The notes under the pieces are model-generated. The model was not told the origin of the DNA. It did not search any database and was given only the letters and a program-made list of their open reading frames with translations. Of a DNA stretch of 64,000 bases, positions 13,522-26,939 are shown one piece after another (the stretch's first letter is position 1; each line of letters starts with the position of its first letter). Origin of the DNA: Felis catus. Lineage: Eukaryota. The translations under genes and the position numbers were made by a program. Where the stretch lies: positions 186,932,001 to 186,996,000 of the forward strand of contig NC_058368.1 of NCBI RefSeq assembly GCF_018350175.1, read 5' to 3'.

Positions 13522-13745
13522 TTTTTTTTTGTTTGTTTATTTTTGAGAGAGACAGACAGACAGGCAGACAGAGCATGAGCAGGGCAGGGCAGGGGCAAAG
13601 AGAGAGAGACACACACAGAATCTGAAGCAGGCTCCAGACTCTGAGCTGTCAGCACAGAGCCCGACCTGGGGCTCAAACACAAACCATGAGATCATGACCT
13701 AAGCTGAAGCTGGACACTTAACCAACTGAGCCACCCAGACGCCCT
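13522..13745 (-). mobile_element. Can-SINE
   Basis: Reverse SINEC; TSD gaacatcac. Confidence 0.93.
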
Positions 13746-13749
13746 GAAC

Positions 13750-15400
13750 ATCACCACTTCTAATGATGTCCTATGTTCCTCCCCAGTCACATGCCAGCCT
13801 CCCACTGCTCCTCAGAGCTAACTGCTATTCTCAATTTTGGGTATACAATTATCTTATTTAAAGAGAAAAGTTTCAGCACATATGTATTAATAGTATCTTA
13901 ATGTATTCATATTAATTGTGTGTTAATTAATTATGTATTAATAGTGTCATGTGAGGGTGACAGAAATGCATAAACCATAAGTCTGCAGTGTGTGTTGACA
14001 GAATGAAAGTAGTTATTAGTAGTGATAGTAGTTGTGGTGATGGCAGAGGTATCCCCATGAGATCACTACCCACATCACAGTAAAGACGTCGTCGGGACCT
14101 CAGAGTACACCCTCCTGCCCTTCCCCACTGTCCTTTCATGAAAGGAAGCCTGATCCTGACATTTGTTACCATCCATTAGTTTTGCCTCTTTTCTTATCTT
14201 TATGAAAAAGAAATCATTGTGTAAACTTTTCTATGTGACTTCTTTACTCACTTTGACGTTGCTGAGATTCATCCATGTGGTTCCATACAGCAGTAATTTG
14301 TCAGTTTTTACTACTCTATGGCATACTGTTATGTGCCTATACCACAGTATATTTAGTATTTTAATTATCACTCAGTTGTAGTTTTTATTTGTTATAATTT
14401 TCTTTTGTGTCTCAAGACGAAAACTTCAGAGTTTTTTTAACTTTGTTTCAGTGTTCTTTCAATTTATCTTTAAAAAAGTATTTCTAAATGCATTGTGGTT
14501 ATAAAATATGTTCTAATGATACACATGTTCTGAAATTTATTGAAAATTGTTTTGGGGGATAGTATTTTGTCTGTTTTATAAATATTCTATATGTGCTTAA
14601 AAATATATATTCTCTAGTGGTTAGAGGCAGTGTTCTGTCCATTTATCCGGCTGGCTACATGGGTATTCAAATGTCTTTCTCCAACTAATTTCTCATCTGT
14701 TTGTCTTAAAAGTGAGAAACATATATTGGAAGTTTGTACCAGGTGGATCTGTCAGTGTGCCCATGTAGTTCTTATGCTATATATACACACATATATTTTA
14801 CAATTATATATTTTTGTATTATATATATGTACACAAATATATATAAATATATATTATATAATTACATTATATACACACACATATAATTTTACAATTATTA
14901 TGCCTTTCTGGTAAATTGGACCCATCCTATCAGCATTTGATGGTAATTTGCCTTACAGCTAATCATGTTCTTTTTTGATCTTAAAGTATGATTCATCTTA
15001 TCACTTAGCTTTCTCTTGGTTAGTACTTGGCTGTTATGCCTATTTCCTTCCTTTTTCCCTCAGTCTTCCCATAGTCTGGTGCCTTTTAAATATTATAGAC
15101 ACGGATTTTTAAAAAAATTATCTGGTAGTCTGTTTCCTCATTGACAGGCATAATCCATTTTAATTCATTCTGATTACTAATATGTTTGAACTGATTTCTA
15201 CTATTTTTTTGATGCTTTCTATTTTTTCTCTGCTTTTTATTCTATCTTGTTCACTGTTGTTGTTTTTTTTTTTTTATTGAGATAGACATTTCTTTTCTTA
15301 CTCCATTTCCCCTCTTTTACTTGTTTTGGGTATTTCTCAACTACCAAAATCCACTTTTTAAAAAGCTGTTGGGTTATAACTGATTAAATTTTTGATTTAT
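13750..15400 (-). mobile_element. Ancient L1M(E)-type fragments
   Basis: ttgctgagattcatccatgtggttccatacagcagt (3' UTR-like) and ORF2-like tttataaatattctatatgtgcttaaaaata, highly decayed. Confidence 0.55.
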
Positions 15401-15589
15401 TAATAATATTTTAGAATCTACTTCCAAAGGAAATCCCTACTATATCAATTTTCAAAGTTTTCAATAGTAATAAAAAAACAGGTATTTGTATTCCTTCCTT
15501 TTCTTTTTCCTTTTTAGAATTTTCAAGAGTAATTAGAACTTAAAGGCATATGAAAGGATACTTTTACAAAGTATTAAAAAAAAAAAAAG

Positions 15590-16025
15590 TCTTTTAGCCA
15601 GACTGTGACATTTCACAGAATATGAATAAAGCTCAGACATGACCACATTAGGACCATATTCGAAACACAACAGAAATAGGTCCATTCTGCCACAACAGAC
15701 ACTACATACCATGTCTTCTGACTGATATACATGATCCTGATGATTCTTTACCAGTGACAACTCAAGCTCCCTATAATCCTTCTACGTCCCAGAAAAAAGG
15801 TACATAATCACTGTCTCTTGAAAGCTTCCAGTCCAGAACCAGTACCTGCTTCTGTAATCTCTCCTGAGAATCATCGAGCACAAGCCTATACAAGCCATCC
15901 TAGCTTCCTTCTCCCTAACACGCCCCATGGTTTCTCTGGAAGGTGTTTTGTGCTGCAACAAGTGAGATAAGCCAAACTTTTTTGCTGGGTATTCCTAGTG
16001 ACTTTTGGCTAGTGGACTTAGATAA
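15590..16025 (+). mobile_element. Possible old ERV1-type solo LTR (MER89/90/110-like)
   Basis: LTR-like 3' end gtgctgcaacaagtgagataagccaaac...ttcctagtgacttttggctagtggac; boundaries uncertain. Confidence 0.4.
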
Positions 16026-16060
16026 CTTTGATCTCTAATTTTAAAAATAACAAGTAAATT

Positions 16061-16290
16061 GGGGCACCTGAGTGACTCAGTCGGTTTAAGCGTCTGACTT
16101 CAGCTCAGGTCATGATCTCACAGTCTGTGGGTTCAAGCCCCGGTTGGCCTCTGTGCTGACAGCTCAGAGCCTGGAGCCTGCTTCGGATTCTGTGTCTCCC
16201 TCACTCTCTCTCTCTCTGCCCCTCTCGTGCTCATGATCTGTCTCTCTCTCGCTCTCTCAAAAATAAATAAACATTAAATTTTTTTAAATT
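16061..16290 (+). mobile_element. Can-SINE (SINEC_Fc)
   Basis: ggggcacctgagtgactcagtcggtttaagcgtctgacttcagctcaggtcatgatctc; (CT)n; A-tail. Confidence 0.96.
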
Positions 16291-16724
16291 AAATTGCTTA
16301 AATAATGATGAGATCATATTGATACTCCTTTTATTTCAACTTAACAAGCTTTCTAGAATAACCTATACAAAAAAAGCAAGTTATTTTAATAAAATTGGTT
16401 TTTGGTGCTAGGGTCTGAAACAGTTACAGTTGAAGTACACATTGCCTAAGTTTTGAAAATAGTATTTTGCATCTTACATAAAAGGCAATGTGGCAATATA
16501 GAAAAAAGCATCAGAAGAGCAAATTATATGGTATATTAAATCATAATTATCTCTCATATGTAACTTATTCATCTTGAATATAATTGTTTCCAGTTGTAAA
16601 ATGGGCATATTAATAACCTACCTTCTGATGTACCAGTTGTACTGAGAAGAAGACCTAGGCATCTTACTTAAAGTTTATTTACAGCATCATGGTATATCTG
16701 TAAATGTAACACGTGTGTGGATAG

Positions 16725-17020
16725 CAGTAGTTCTCAAATGTTGTTGCATACTATAATCATCTGGGGATTTCTTTAAATAACAATATCCATACCAATTTAA
16801 CCAGAATTCTGAGGATTAGATCTAATATCAGTATGTTTGGTAAGCCCCCAGATCTTTCCAATAGGCAGCCAAGTTTGAGAGCCAATGGGTTAGAGCAGTG
16901 CTTTTCTTTTTTCTTAATGTTCATACAGATCACTTTTGATCTTGATAAAATGAAGACTCTGTCTGCAATGGCACCTGACCTGCTGCAGTTTGAACAAGTT
17001 CCCAGACGACACCAATATTG
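16725..17020. mobile_element. Tandem MER5-type hAT MITEs (16725-16887 and about 16896-17020)
   Basis: Termini cagtagttctcaaa...tttgagagccaatg, then an 8-bp spacer ggttagag and a second cagtgctt start. Confidence 0.7.
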
Positions 17021-18819
17021 CCTATCCATGGCTTGTGGAATAAAGACCCTAACAAGTATCTGCAAAAGACTAGAGGAAAATAAAAATTACAAATACTCTT
17101 ACAGCTTAGGTTGATAGCAAAAGCTAAGATAAATTCTGGGGACCAGAGACTATCACTACCAAAGAATCTGGCAAGGAAAGAAATTGTATGTGAAAGAGTG
17201 ATCTCTCCCTATCCTCCCGCCTTCCCATTGGAAGAGAGAGACCAGCTACAAAGGTTAAACATACAATGGGAAAGAAAACAGGAAAGGGCAAAACATGGAC
17301 ATTTTAATAAATTTGGTTTATCAGGCATTAAATTAAGTGTTTATTAAAATTCTCCCTTTGGCAAAGTGAAAATAATTGTTAATGTGTACACTTAAATTGT
17401 ACTATTTGTGCAGTACTTTTATAAATAGGGTAGTGTTGAAAAATACACCAGTATATGTTAATGCACCATGAAATGTTCTGAGTGCACTACAAATAGATGC
17501 GTCATTAGGGAATCATAAAGAAGAAAGAAGATAGACTCTAAACATTAATGACCATTCACTGAGGTTAAGTAAATATGTATTTTAGGAAGCTCCACAACTC
17601 TAACCATTACTGCCAAGAGACCAGTGAACTGGTTTGAATCACAAGCCCCTCCTCCTGCAAAGAAGATTATTCCCAATCATTATATTTCAAAACAGATAAT
17701 CTGCAACTTTCAACACAGATTGAGAACCTATAACGTATTATTATCAAAAGACTAGTAAGATCTGATTCCTATCTTTAAGTGACTCCTTAAATCTAGTAAG
17801 GATGTTGCAATATCACTGCTGGAAATTAGATGGTTTAAATTTCTCCTATGAGCTGAATTCAGTCTTGGGCTTGCTACTTATTTTTCTTTCTACATCCCAG
17901 AGCCTGGTGGGCAGGAAGAGGCCCTTGTAATCCTGCTAATGAAATACCCTTTGAGGATAAAGGGAGCAAAAAGATTAGAGGAGAAAAATTTTTATTATCT
18001 TGATCCACCAAACCTATGACCTATTTCAGGCAGAGTAAGACCTACCATTGATGAGATATTGGCAGATGAGCTGACTTGAGACTTCATAATTTCCAAGAAA
18101 TTATCATGTGGACTGTAGATTCACAATGAAAAAAAAGATTTACTATTCCAAAAGATGAGGGCCATGGGACAGAATAGATGTCATTGAAGTTGGAGTTGTA
18201 TTGTTCCTGAACACTCCATGCTTTGATCTGAATATTCAGTTCTCAAAGGTGCTATTAGGAATTCCTGCCTAAAGAAGTCAGTCTGATTCTAGGGACTGTC
18301 TGGGGAGAAAGAATGGGAATGTCTGGGGAGTCTGGAAAAAATAAACTAGGTATCAACAGCCAGGTCTCGATGAGCTCTTGTTAGTTTAAATCTTTTAATA
18401 GGCTCCAGGTGTGAATGTCTCTGTCCCTATTTTCAGAAATACTAGAAAATCCTCCTCGCTTCTCTGGGGAACCTAATATGCCTAAAAAGTCAAGAGGCAA
18501 CTGACCTCTTCCTCTGAGACAAAAGGTTCATTCTAGACAAGTCTATCAGGCCAAGGAAGCTGCTCTGAATATGGCCAACTTGTGTCGTTTTCATAATGAA
18601 ACGGTGTTTCAGTTATGATTACTCTGTTCCACAGTCGGAGACAAAATACGTTGTACAAGTGCTCACAAGAGTTCTTCTGCACAGAGAGTTGTTGCAATTC
18701 TAATCCCTTGGATAAGAGACCTAATCATATGCCCACTAAAGAGTAGAAATCACAGATGTTGTTTTGTGCAGGGTTTTGATAAACATTATGAGACCCTCAG
18801 GTAGCAATGACCTCTTTTT

Positions 18820-19480
18820 TGTTTGTCTTTCATTTTCATCAATTTGACTATGTTGTGTCTGGATATGAATCTCTTTGTATTTCTTCTACTTGGAATTCAT
18901 TTAGCATCCTAGGTATGTAAATGAGTGATTTTCATCAAATTAGGGAAACTTGCCCATGATTTCTTCAAATAATCTGATCCATTCTCTTTTTTCTTTGCAC
19001 TCTGAATACAGATATGTTAGTTAATTCACGATATTATCTCAAAAGTCTGAGGTTCTGTCCATTTCTCTTCAATATGTTTTTCTCTATCCTTTAATTTTTG
19101 TTGATCTAGCTTCAAATACAACTGATTCTTCTGCCAGTTCAAATATTCTATTGAATGTTCTAGTGAATTTCTCACTTCTGTTACTGTTTTCAAATCCAGA
19201 CTTTCTATTGGTTCTTTTTTATAATTTGTTTTCTTATTGAAAAATTTATTTTTATTTATGATTAACATACTTTTATTTAATTCTTAAAAATTATTTTCTT
19301 CTTTGAAAATATTTGTAATAACTGTTTTGAAATCTTTACTAAATTCAGTGTCTGGGAATATATTTTCCATTGACTGTAATAACTGTTTTTTTCCTGAGTA
19401 TGGTTCATACATTTTTATTTCTTTGCATATCTCATAAATTGTTAAACTGGACATTTTATTTTTTAAATTAGTTATTTCCC
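18820..19480 (-). mobile_element. Ancient L1M ORF1-region fragment
   Basis: Minus-strand ORF 19026-19268 has L1 ORF1 coiled-coil-like residues (ESLDLKTVTEVRNSLE). Confidence 0.7.
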
Positions 19481-20372
19481 TCTTTATTTTGAACCAGAAA
19501 GCCAACCTTTGGTTTGGAATTTTTTGTTCCAGTGGAAAAATTCTCCACTAATTTTTCAGCAGAATGTTATTTCATATAGGAATATCAGCGGAAATTCAAA
19601 TATAAGCTATTTTAAACAGCATTTGACTTTTTGGCTTGAAATAATCATTTCTCCCAGAGACTATTCTGTTTATCCTTCATGCGATTTGACAATGAGCAAC
19701 TTTCTTGTTAAAAAAAGGTTTTTAAAAATGTTTTGTTCCTTGAATTTTTGTGTTTAATTTTACTTTCTAACTTGTGGCTGACACACAATGTTTCATGAGT
19801 TTCACATGTACAACATAGTGATTCAACAACTCTATATATTATGCTATGCTAGCCGCAAGTGTTGCTACCATCTGCCACCATAATATTACAATACCACTGA
19901 CTATATTCCCTATGATATACTTTTCATTTTTGTGATTTATTCATTCCATAACCAGAAGCCAATACTTCCCACTCCCCTTCACCCATTTTGCGCTTCCTCC
20001 CCTCTGGCAACCACCAGTTCTTTGTATTTATGGGTCTGTCTTTTATTTTTTTTGTCTATTTGTTTTGTTTTTCAGATTCCACATATAAGTGAAATCATAT
20101 AGTATTTGTCTTTTTCTGTCTGACTTACTTCACTTAGCATAATACTCTCTAAGTCCATCCATGTCATTACAAATGGCAAGATATCGCTCCTTATGGCTGA
20201 GTAATATTCCCTTATGTGTGTACACACACACACACACACGCACACACACACACACATGTACACATTACATTTTCCTTATCCATCCATCTTTTGATGGACA
20301 CTTAGGCTGCTTACATATCTTGGCTATTGTAAATAATGCTGCAATAAACATAGGGTTACATATATCTTTTCT

Positions 20373-20392
20373 TTTTTTTTCAATATATGAAA
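20373..20392 (-). mobile_element. Ultra-short (20 bp) felid L1 3'-end insertion
   Basis: Insert reads tttcatatattg+A8 on the minus strand, flanked by a perfect 17-bp duplication ttacatatatcttttct (20356-20372, 20393-20409). Confidence 0.75.
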
Positions 20393-21484
20393 TTACATAT
20401 ATCTTTTCTATCTAGTGTTTTTGTTTTCTTTGGATAAATACCCAGTAGTAGAATTATTGAATTCTATGGTATTTCTAGTTTTAATATTTTTGAGGAATCT
20501 CCATATCATTTTCCACAGTGGTGCACCAATTTACATTCCCACCAACAGTGCATAAGGGTTTTCTTTTTTTACATCCTCACCACTGCTTATTATTTCTTGT
20601 CTTTTTAATAACAGCCATTCTGATAGGTGTAAGGTAATAGCTCATTATGGCTTTGACTTGCAGTTCCCTGATGACTAGTGGTCATCTTTTAATGTGTCTG
20701 TTGAGCATCTTTTAATGTGTCTGTTGGCCATATGTATGTCTTCTTTAGAAACATGTCCATACTGCCATTTTTAAATTGGATTACTTGGCTTTTTTTCCCC
20801 CTTTTGGTATTGAGTTTTATAAGTTCTTTATATATTTTTGGATATTGAATATATCATTGGCAAATATCTTCTCTCAATTTCCTTCTCCCATTTGCTTTTC
20901 CATTTTGTTGATGATTTTTTTTTGTTTTGCTGTGCAAAAGCTTATTATTTTGGTATAGTCCTTATAGTTTTTCTTCTTTTGTTTTCCTTGCCTACAGAGG
21001 CATATCCATAAATACGTTACTAATACCAGTGACCCAGAGATTACTACCTATGTTTTATTTTAGGAGTTTTATGGTTTCAGGTCCCACATTTATGTCCTTA
21101 ATCCATTTTAAGATTATTTTTTGTGGTGTCAGAAAGTGGTCCAGTTTCATTCTTATGCACAGAGCTGTCCAGTTTTCCTAGTACCATTTATCGAAAATAC
21201 TGTCTTTTCTCCATTGTATATTCTTACTTCCTCTGTGGTAGGTTAATTGATCATATAAACATGAATACATTTTTGGGCTCTCTATCATGTTGCATTGATC
21301 TGTATGTCTATTTTTGTGCCAGTAACTTACCATGTAGAACACCATAGTTTTGTAGTATAGATTGAAATCTGGGATTGTGATACCTTCAGCTTTGTTCTTT
21401 GTCAAGATTTTTTTGTCTATTTGACATCTTTTATGGTTTCATGCAAATTTTAACGTTGTTTGTTCCAGTTCTATTAAAATATTT

Positions 21485-21715
21485 TCTTTAAAATTTTTTT
21501 TATGGTTATTTACTTTTGAGAGAAAGAGAGAGACAGAGAGACAGACTGCAAGCAGGGGAGGGACAGAGACAGAGGAAGACACAGAATCGGAAGTAGGCTC
21601 CAGGCTACTAGCTGTCAGCACAGAGCCTGATGCAGGGCTTGAACTCACCAACTGTGAAATCAGTACCTGAGCAAAGTGGAACACCCAACTGACTGAGCCA
21701 CCCAGGTGCCCCCCC
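21485..21715 (-). mobile_element. Can-SINE inside the carnivore L1
   Basis: Reverse SINEC ending ctgagccacccaggtgcccc. Confidence 0.93.
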
Positions 21716-22188
21716 AAAATTGTATTTTGATAGGAATTACATTGAGTTTGTAAATTGCTTCAGGCAGTATGGACACTTTTAAAAAAATATCTAATTTATA
21801 AGCATGTTATATCTTTACGTTTGTGTTATCTTCAATTTCTTTTATCAATGTCTTAAAGTTTTCAAATATAGATCATTCACCTCCTTTGTTAAATTAATTT
21901 TTACTTATCTTATTCTTTTAGGTGTAATTTTTTTTTATTTTTTTAATGCTTATTTTTTATTTTTTTAATATGAAATTTGTTGCCAAATTGGTTTCCATAC
22001 AACACCCAGTGCTCATCCCAACAGGTGCCCTCCTCAATTCCCATCACCCAACCTCCTTTCCCTCCTACCCCCCACCAACCCTCAGTTTGTTCTTAGTTTT
22101 TAAGAGTCTCTTATGTTTTGGCTCCCTCCCTCTCTAACGTTGTTTTTTTTTTTTCCTTCCCCTCCCCCATGGTCTTCTGTTAAGTTTC

Positions 22189-25100
22189 TCAGGATCCACA
22201 TAGGAGTGAATACATATGGTATCTGTCTTTCTCTGTGTGACTTATTTCACTTAGCATAACACTCTCCAGTTCCATCCACGTTGCTACAAAAGGCCATATT
22301 TCATTCTTTCTCATTGCCACGTAGTACTCCATTGTGTATATAAACCACAATTTCTTTATCCACTCATCAGTTGGTGGACATTTAGGCTCTTTCCATCATT
22401 TGGCTATTGTCAAAAGTGCTGCTATAAACATTGGGGTACAAGTGCCCCTATGCATCAGCACTCCTGTATCCCTTGGGTTAATTCCTAACAGTGTTATTGC
22501 TGGGTCATAAGGTAGATCTACTTTTAATTTTTTGAGGAACCTCCACACTGTTTTCCAGATCAGCTGCATCAGTTTGCACTCCCACTAACGGGGCAAGAGG
22601 GTTCCCATTTCTCCACATCCTCACCAGCATCTATAGTCTCCTGATTTGTTCATTTTAGCCACTCTGACTGGCATGAGGTGGTATCTGAGTGTGGTTTTGA
22701 TTTGTATTCCCCTGATGAGCAACGTTGAGCATCTTTTCTTGTGCCTGTTGGCCATCTGAATCTCTTCTTTAGAGAAGTGTCTATTCATGTTTTCTGCCCA
22801 TTTCTTCACTGGATTATTTGTTTTGAGGGTGTGGAGTTTGGTGAGCTCTTTATAGATTTTGGATACAAGCCCTTTGTCTGATATGTCATTTGCAAATATC
22901 TTTTCCCATTTTGTTCGTTGCCTTTGTTTTGTTGATTGTTTCCTTTGCAGTGCAGAAGCTTTTTATCTTCATGAGGTCCCAATAGTTCATTTTGCTTTTA
23001 ATTCCCTTGCCTTTGGTGATGTGTCTAGTAAGGTATTGTTGCAGCTGAGGTCAAAGATGTTGTTGCCTGCTTTTTCCTCTAGGGTTTTGTTGGTTTCCTG
23101 TCTCACATTTAGGCCTTTCATCCATTTTGAGTTTATTTTTGTGAATGGTGTAAGAAAGTGGTCTAGTTTCATTCTTCTGCATGTTGCTGTCCAGTTCTCC
23201 CAGCACCATTTGTTAAAGAGACTGTCTTTTTCCATTGGATATCCTTTCCTGCTTTGTCAAAGATGAGTTATCTATACTTTTGTGGGTCTAATTCTGGGGT
23301 TTCTATTCTATTCCATTGGTCTATGTGTCTGTTTTTGTGCCAATACCATGCTGTCTTGATGATTACAGCTTTGTAGTAGAGATTAGTCTGAGATCTTGTT
23401 GCCTTCCACTTTGGTCTTCTTCTTCCAAATTACTTTGGCTATTCGAGGACTTTTGTGGTTCCATACAAATTTTAGGATTGCTGGTTCTAGCTTCGAGAAG
23501 AATGCTGGTGCAATTTTGATTGGAATTGCATTGAATGTGTAGATAGCTTTGGGTAGTATTGACATTTTAACAATATTTATTCTTCCAACCCATGAGCACA
23601 GAATGTTTTTCCATTTCTTTATATCTTCTTCAATTTCCTTCATAAGCTTTCTATAGTTTTCAGCATACAGATCTTTTACATCTTTGGTTAGGTTTATTCC
23701 TAGGTATTTCATGATTCTTGGTGCAATTGTGAATGGGATCAGTTTCTTTATTTGTCTTTATGCTGCTTCATTGTTAGTGTATAAGAATGCAACTGATTTC
23801 TGTACATTGATTTTGTATCCTGCGACTTTGCTGAATTCATGTATCAGTTCTAGCAGACTTTTGGTGGAGTCTATCGAGGTTTCCATGTATAATATCATGT
23901 CATCTGCAAAAAGTGAAAGTTTGACTTCATCTTTGCCAATTTTGATGCCTTTGATTTCCTTTTGTTGTCTGATTGCTGATGCTATGTTAAACAACAGCGA
24001 TGAGAATGGATATGACTATCGTGTTCTTGATCTCAGGTGGAAAGCTCTCAGTTTTTCCCCAATGAGGATGATACTAGCTGTGGGCTTTTCATAAATGGCT
24101 TTTACTATGTTTAAGTATGTTCCTCATATTCCCAATTTCTCGAGGGTTTTTATTAAGAAAGGATGCTGAATTTTGTCAAATGCTTTTTCTGCATCGATTG
24201 ACAGGATCATATGGTTCTTATCTTTTCTTTTATTAATGTGATGTATCACATTGATTGATTTGCGAATGTTGAACCAGCCCTCTAGCCCAGGAATGAATCC
24301 CACTTGATCATGGTGAATAATTCTTTTTATATACTGTTTAATTCAATTTGCTAGTATCTTATTGAGAATTTTTGCATCCATATTCATCAGGGATATTGGC
24401 CTGTAGTTCTCTTTTTTTGCTGGATCTCTGTCTGGTTTAGGAATGAAAGTAATGCTGGCTTCATAGAATGAGTCTGGAAGTTTTCCTTCCCTTTCTATTT
24501 TTTGGAACAGCTTGAGAAGGATAGGTATTATCTCTGCTTTAAATGTCTGGTGGAATTCCCCAGGGAAGCCATCTGGTCCTGGACTCCTATTTGTTGGGAG
24601 ATTTTTGATAACTGATTCAATTTCTTCACTGGTTATTGGTCTGTTCAAGTTTTCTATTTCTTCCTGTTTGAGTTTTGGAAGTGTGTGGGTGCTTAGGAAT
24701 TTGTCCATTTCTTCTAGGTTGTCCAGTTTGTTGGCATATAATTTTTCATAGCATTCCCTGATAATTGCTTGTATTTCTGAGGGATTGGTTGCAATCATTC
24801 CATTTTCATTCATGATTTTATCTCTTTGGGTCATCTCCCTTTTCTTTTTGAGAAACCTGGCTAGAGGTTTATCAATTTTGTTTATTTTTTCAAAAAACCA
24901 ATTCTTGGTTTCATTGATCTGCTCTACAGTTTTTTTTAGATTCTATATTGTTTATTTCTGCTCTGATCTTTATTATTTCTCTTCTTCTGCTGGGTTTGGG
25001 ATATCTTTGCTGTTCTGCTTCTATTTCCTTTAGGTGTGGTGTTAGATTTCATATTGGGATTTTTCTTGTATCTTGAGATAGGCCTGGATTGCAATGTATT

Positions 25101-25973
25101 TTGCTCTCAGGACTGCCTTCACTGGATCCCAAAGCAATTGAATTGTTGTATTTTCATCTCCATTTGTTTCCATATATTTTTTTAATTTCTTTGCTAATTG
25201 CCTGGTTGACCCATTCATTCTTTAGTAGGGTGTTCTTTAACCTCCATGCTTTTGGAGGTTTTTAAGACTTTTTTCTGTGGTTGATTTCAAGTTTCATAGC
25301 ATTGTGATCTGAAAGTGTGCGTGGTATGATCTCAATTCTTTTATACTTACGAAGGGCTGTTTTGTGACTTAGTATGTGATCTATCTTCGAGAATGTTCCA
25401 TGTGCACTCAACAAGAAAGTCTATTCTGTTGCTTTGGGATGCAGAGTTCTATATATATCTATCAAGTCCATCTGATCTAATGTATCATTCAGGGCCCTTG
25501 TTTCTTTATTGATCCTGCATCTAGATGATCTATCAATTGTTGTAAGTGGAGTATTACAGTCCCCTGCAATTACCACATTCTTATCAATAAGGTTGCTTAT
25601 GTTTGTGAGTAATTGTTTTATATATTTGGGGGCTCCCGTATTCGGCAGATAGACATTTATAATTGTTAGCTCTTCCTGATGGATAGACCCTTCTTATATA
25701 ATGCCCTTCTTCATCTCTTGTTACAGCCTTACTTTAAAGTCTAGTTTGTCTGATATGACTACTCCAGCTTTCTTTTGACTTCCAGTAGCATGATAGTTCT
25801 CCATCCCCTCACTTTCAATCTGAAGGTGTCCTAAGGCTAAAATGAGTCTCTTGTAGACAGCAAATAGATGGGTCTTGTTTTCTTATCCATTCTGATACCC
25901 TATGTCTTTTGGTTGGAGCATTTAGTCCATTTACATTCAGTGTTATTATAGAAAGATACGGATTTAGAGTCAT
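22189..25973 (-). pseudogene. L1 ORF2 (APE endonuclease + reverse transcriptase), disrupted
   Basis: MTLNPYLSIITLNVNGLNAP...[51 protein letters not shown]; multiple stops and frameshifts. Confidence 0.95.
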
Positions 25974-26041
25974 TGTGTTATTTGTAGGTTTCATGCTTGT
26001 AGTGATGTCTCTGGTACTTTGTGGTCCTTGCAACATTTCAC

Positions 26042-26939
26042 TCACAGAATCCCCCTTAGGATCTCTTGTAGGTTGGTTTAGTGGTGATGACTTCCTTCAG
26101 TTTTTGTTTTTTTGAGAAGATCTTTATCTCTCCTTCTATTCTGAATGACAAACTTGCTGGATAAAGGATTCTTGGCTGCATATTTTTTTTGTCTGTTCAT
26201 TACGTTGAAGATTTCCTGCCATTCCTTTCTGGCCTGCCTAGTTTCAGTAGATAGGTCTGCCACTAGTCTTATCATTCTCCCTTTATATGTTAGACCATGT
26301 TTATCCCTAGCTGCTTTCAGAATTTTCTCTTTATCCTTATATTTTGCCAGTTTTACTATGATATGTCATGCAGAAGATAGATTCAAGTTAGGTCTGAAGG
26401 GAGTTTTCTGTGCCTCTTGGATTTCAATGCCGTTTTCCTTCCCCAGATCCGGGAAGTTCTCAACTATGATTTGTTCAAGTATACCTTCAGCCCTTTTTTC
26501 TCTCTCTTCTTCTTCTGGTATTCCTATTATATGGATATTGTTCCCTTTCATTGCATCACTTAGTTATCTAATTCTCCCCTCATACTCCTGGATTTTTTTT
26601 TTATTTCTCTTTTTCTCAGCTTCCTCTTTTTCCATAATTTTATCTTCTAATTCATGTATTCTCTCCTCTGCCTCTTCAATCCGAGCTGTGGTCACCTCCA
26701 TTTTATTTTGCACCTCATTTATACCATTTTTAGCTCCTCATGACTATTTCTTATTCCCTTGATTTCTGTAGCAGTAGATTCTCTGCTGTCCTCTATACTT
26801 TTTCAAGCCCAGCGATTAATTTTATGACTATTATTCTAAATTCTTGTTCCATTATATTGCTTAAATCGTTTTTTATCAATTCATTAGCTGTCGCTACTCC
26901 CTGGAGTTTCTTTTGAGGAGAATTCTTCCGTTTCATCAT
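26042..26939 (-). pseudogene. L1 ORF1 (RNA-binding), disrupted
   Basis: MMKRKNSPQKK...; NNIHIIGIPEEEE...IIVENFPDL...IQEAQKTP; IRLVADLSTETRQARKEW. Confidence 0.93.

Larger units (their letters stand above)
19755..21914 (-). mobile_element. Carnivore L1 (L1_Carn/L1MA-type), 3' part
   Basis: Minus-strand ORF2 C-terminal fragments ([44 protein letters not shown]) and 3' UTR; continues at 27750-29025. Confidence 0.9.

Noticed and set aside
16061..16140. tRNA-like A/B box sequence as a tRNA gene
   Set aside because: It is the tRNA-derived head of a Can-SINE, as in all the other copies.
26145..26762. 205-aa hydrophobic plus-strand ORF, and similar ORFs at 23684-24094 and 28587-29009
   Set aside because: These are antisense shadows of A-rich L1 ORFs; the F/L/S richness is compositional.
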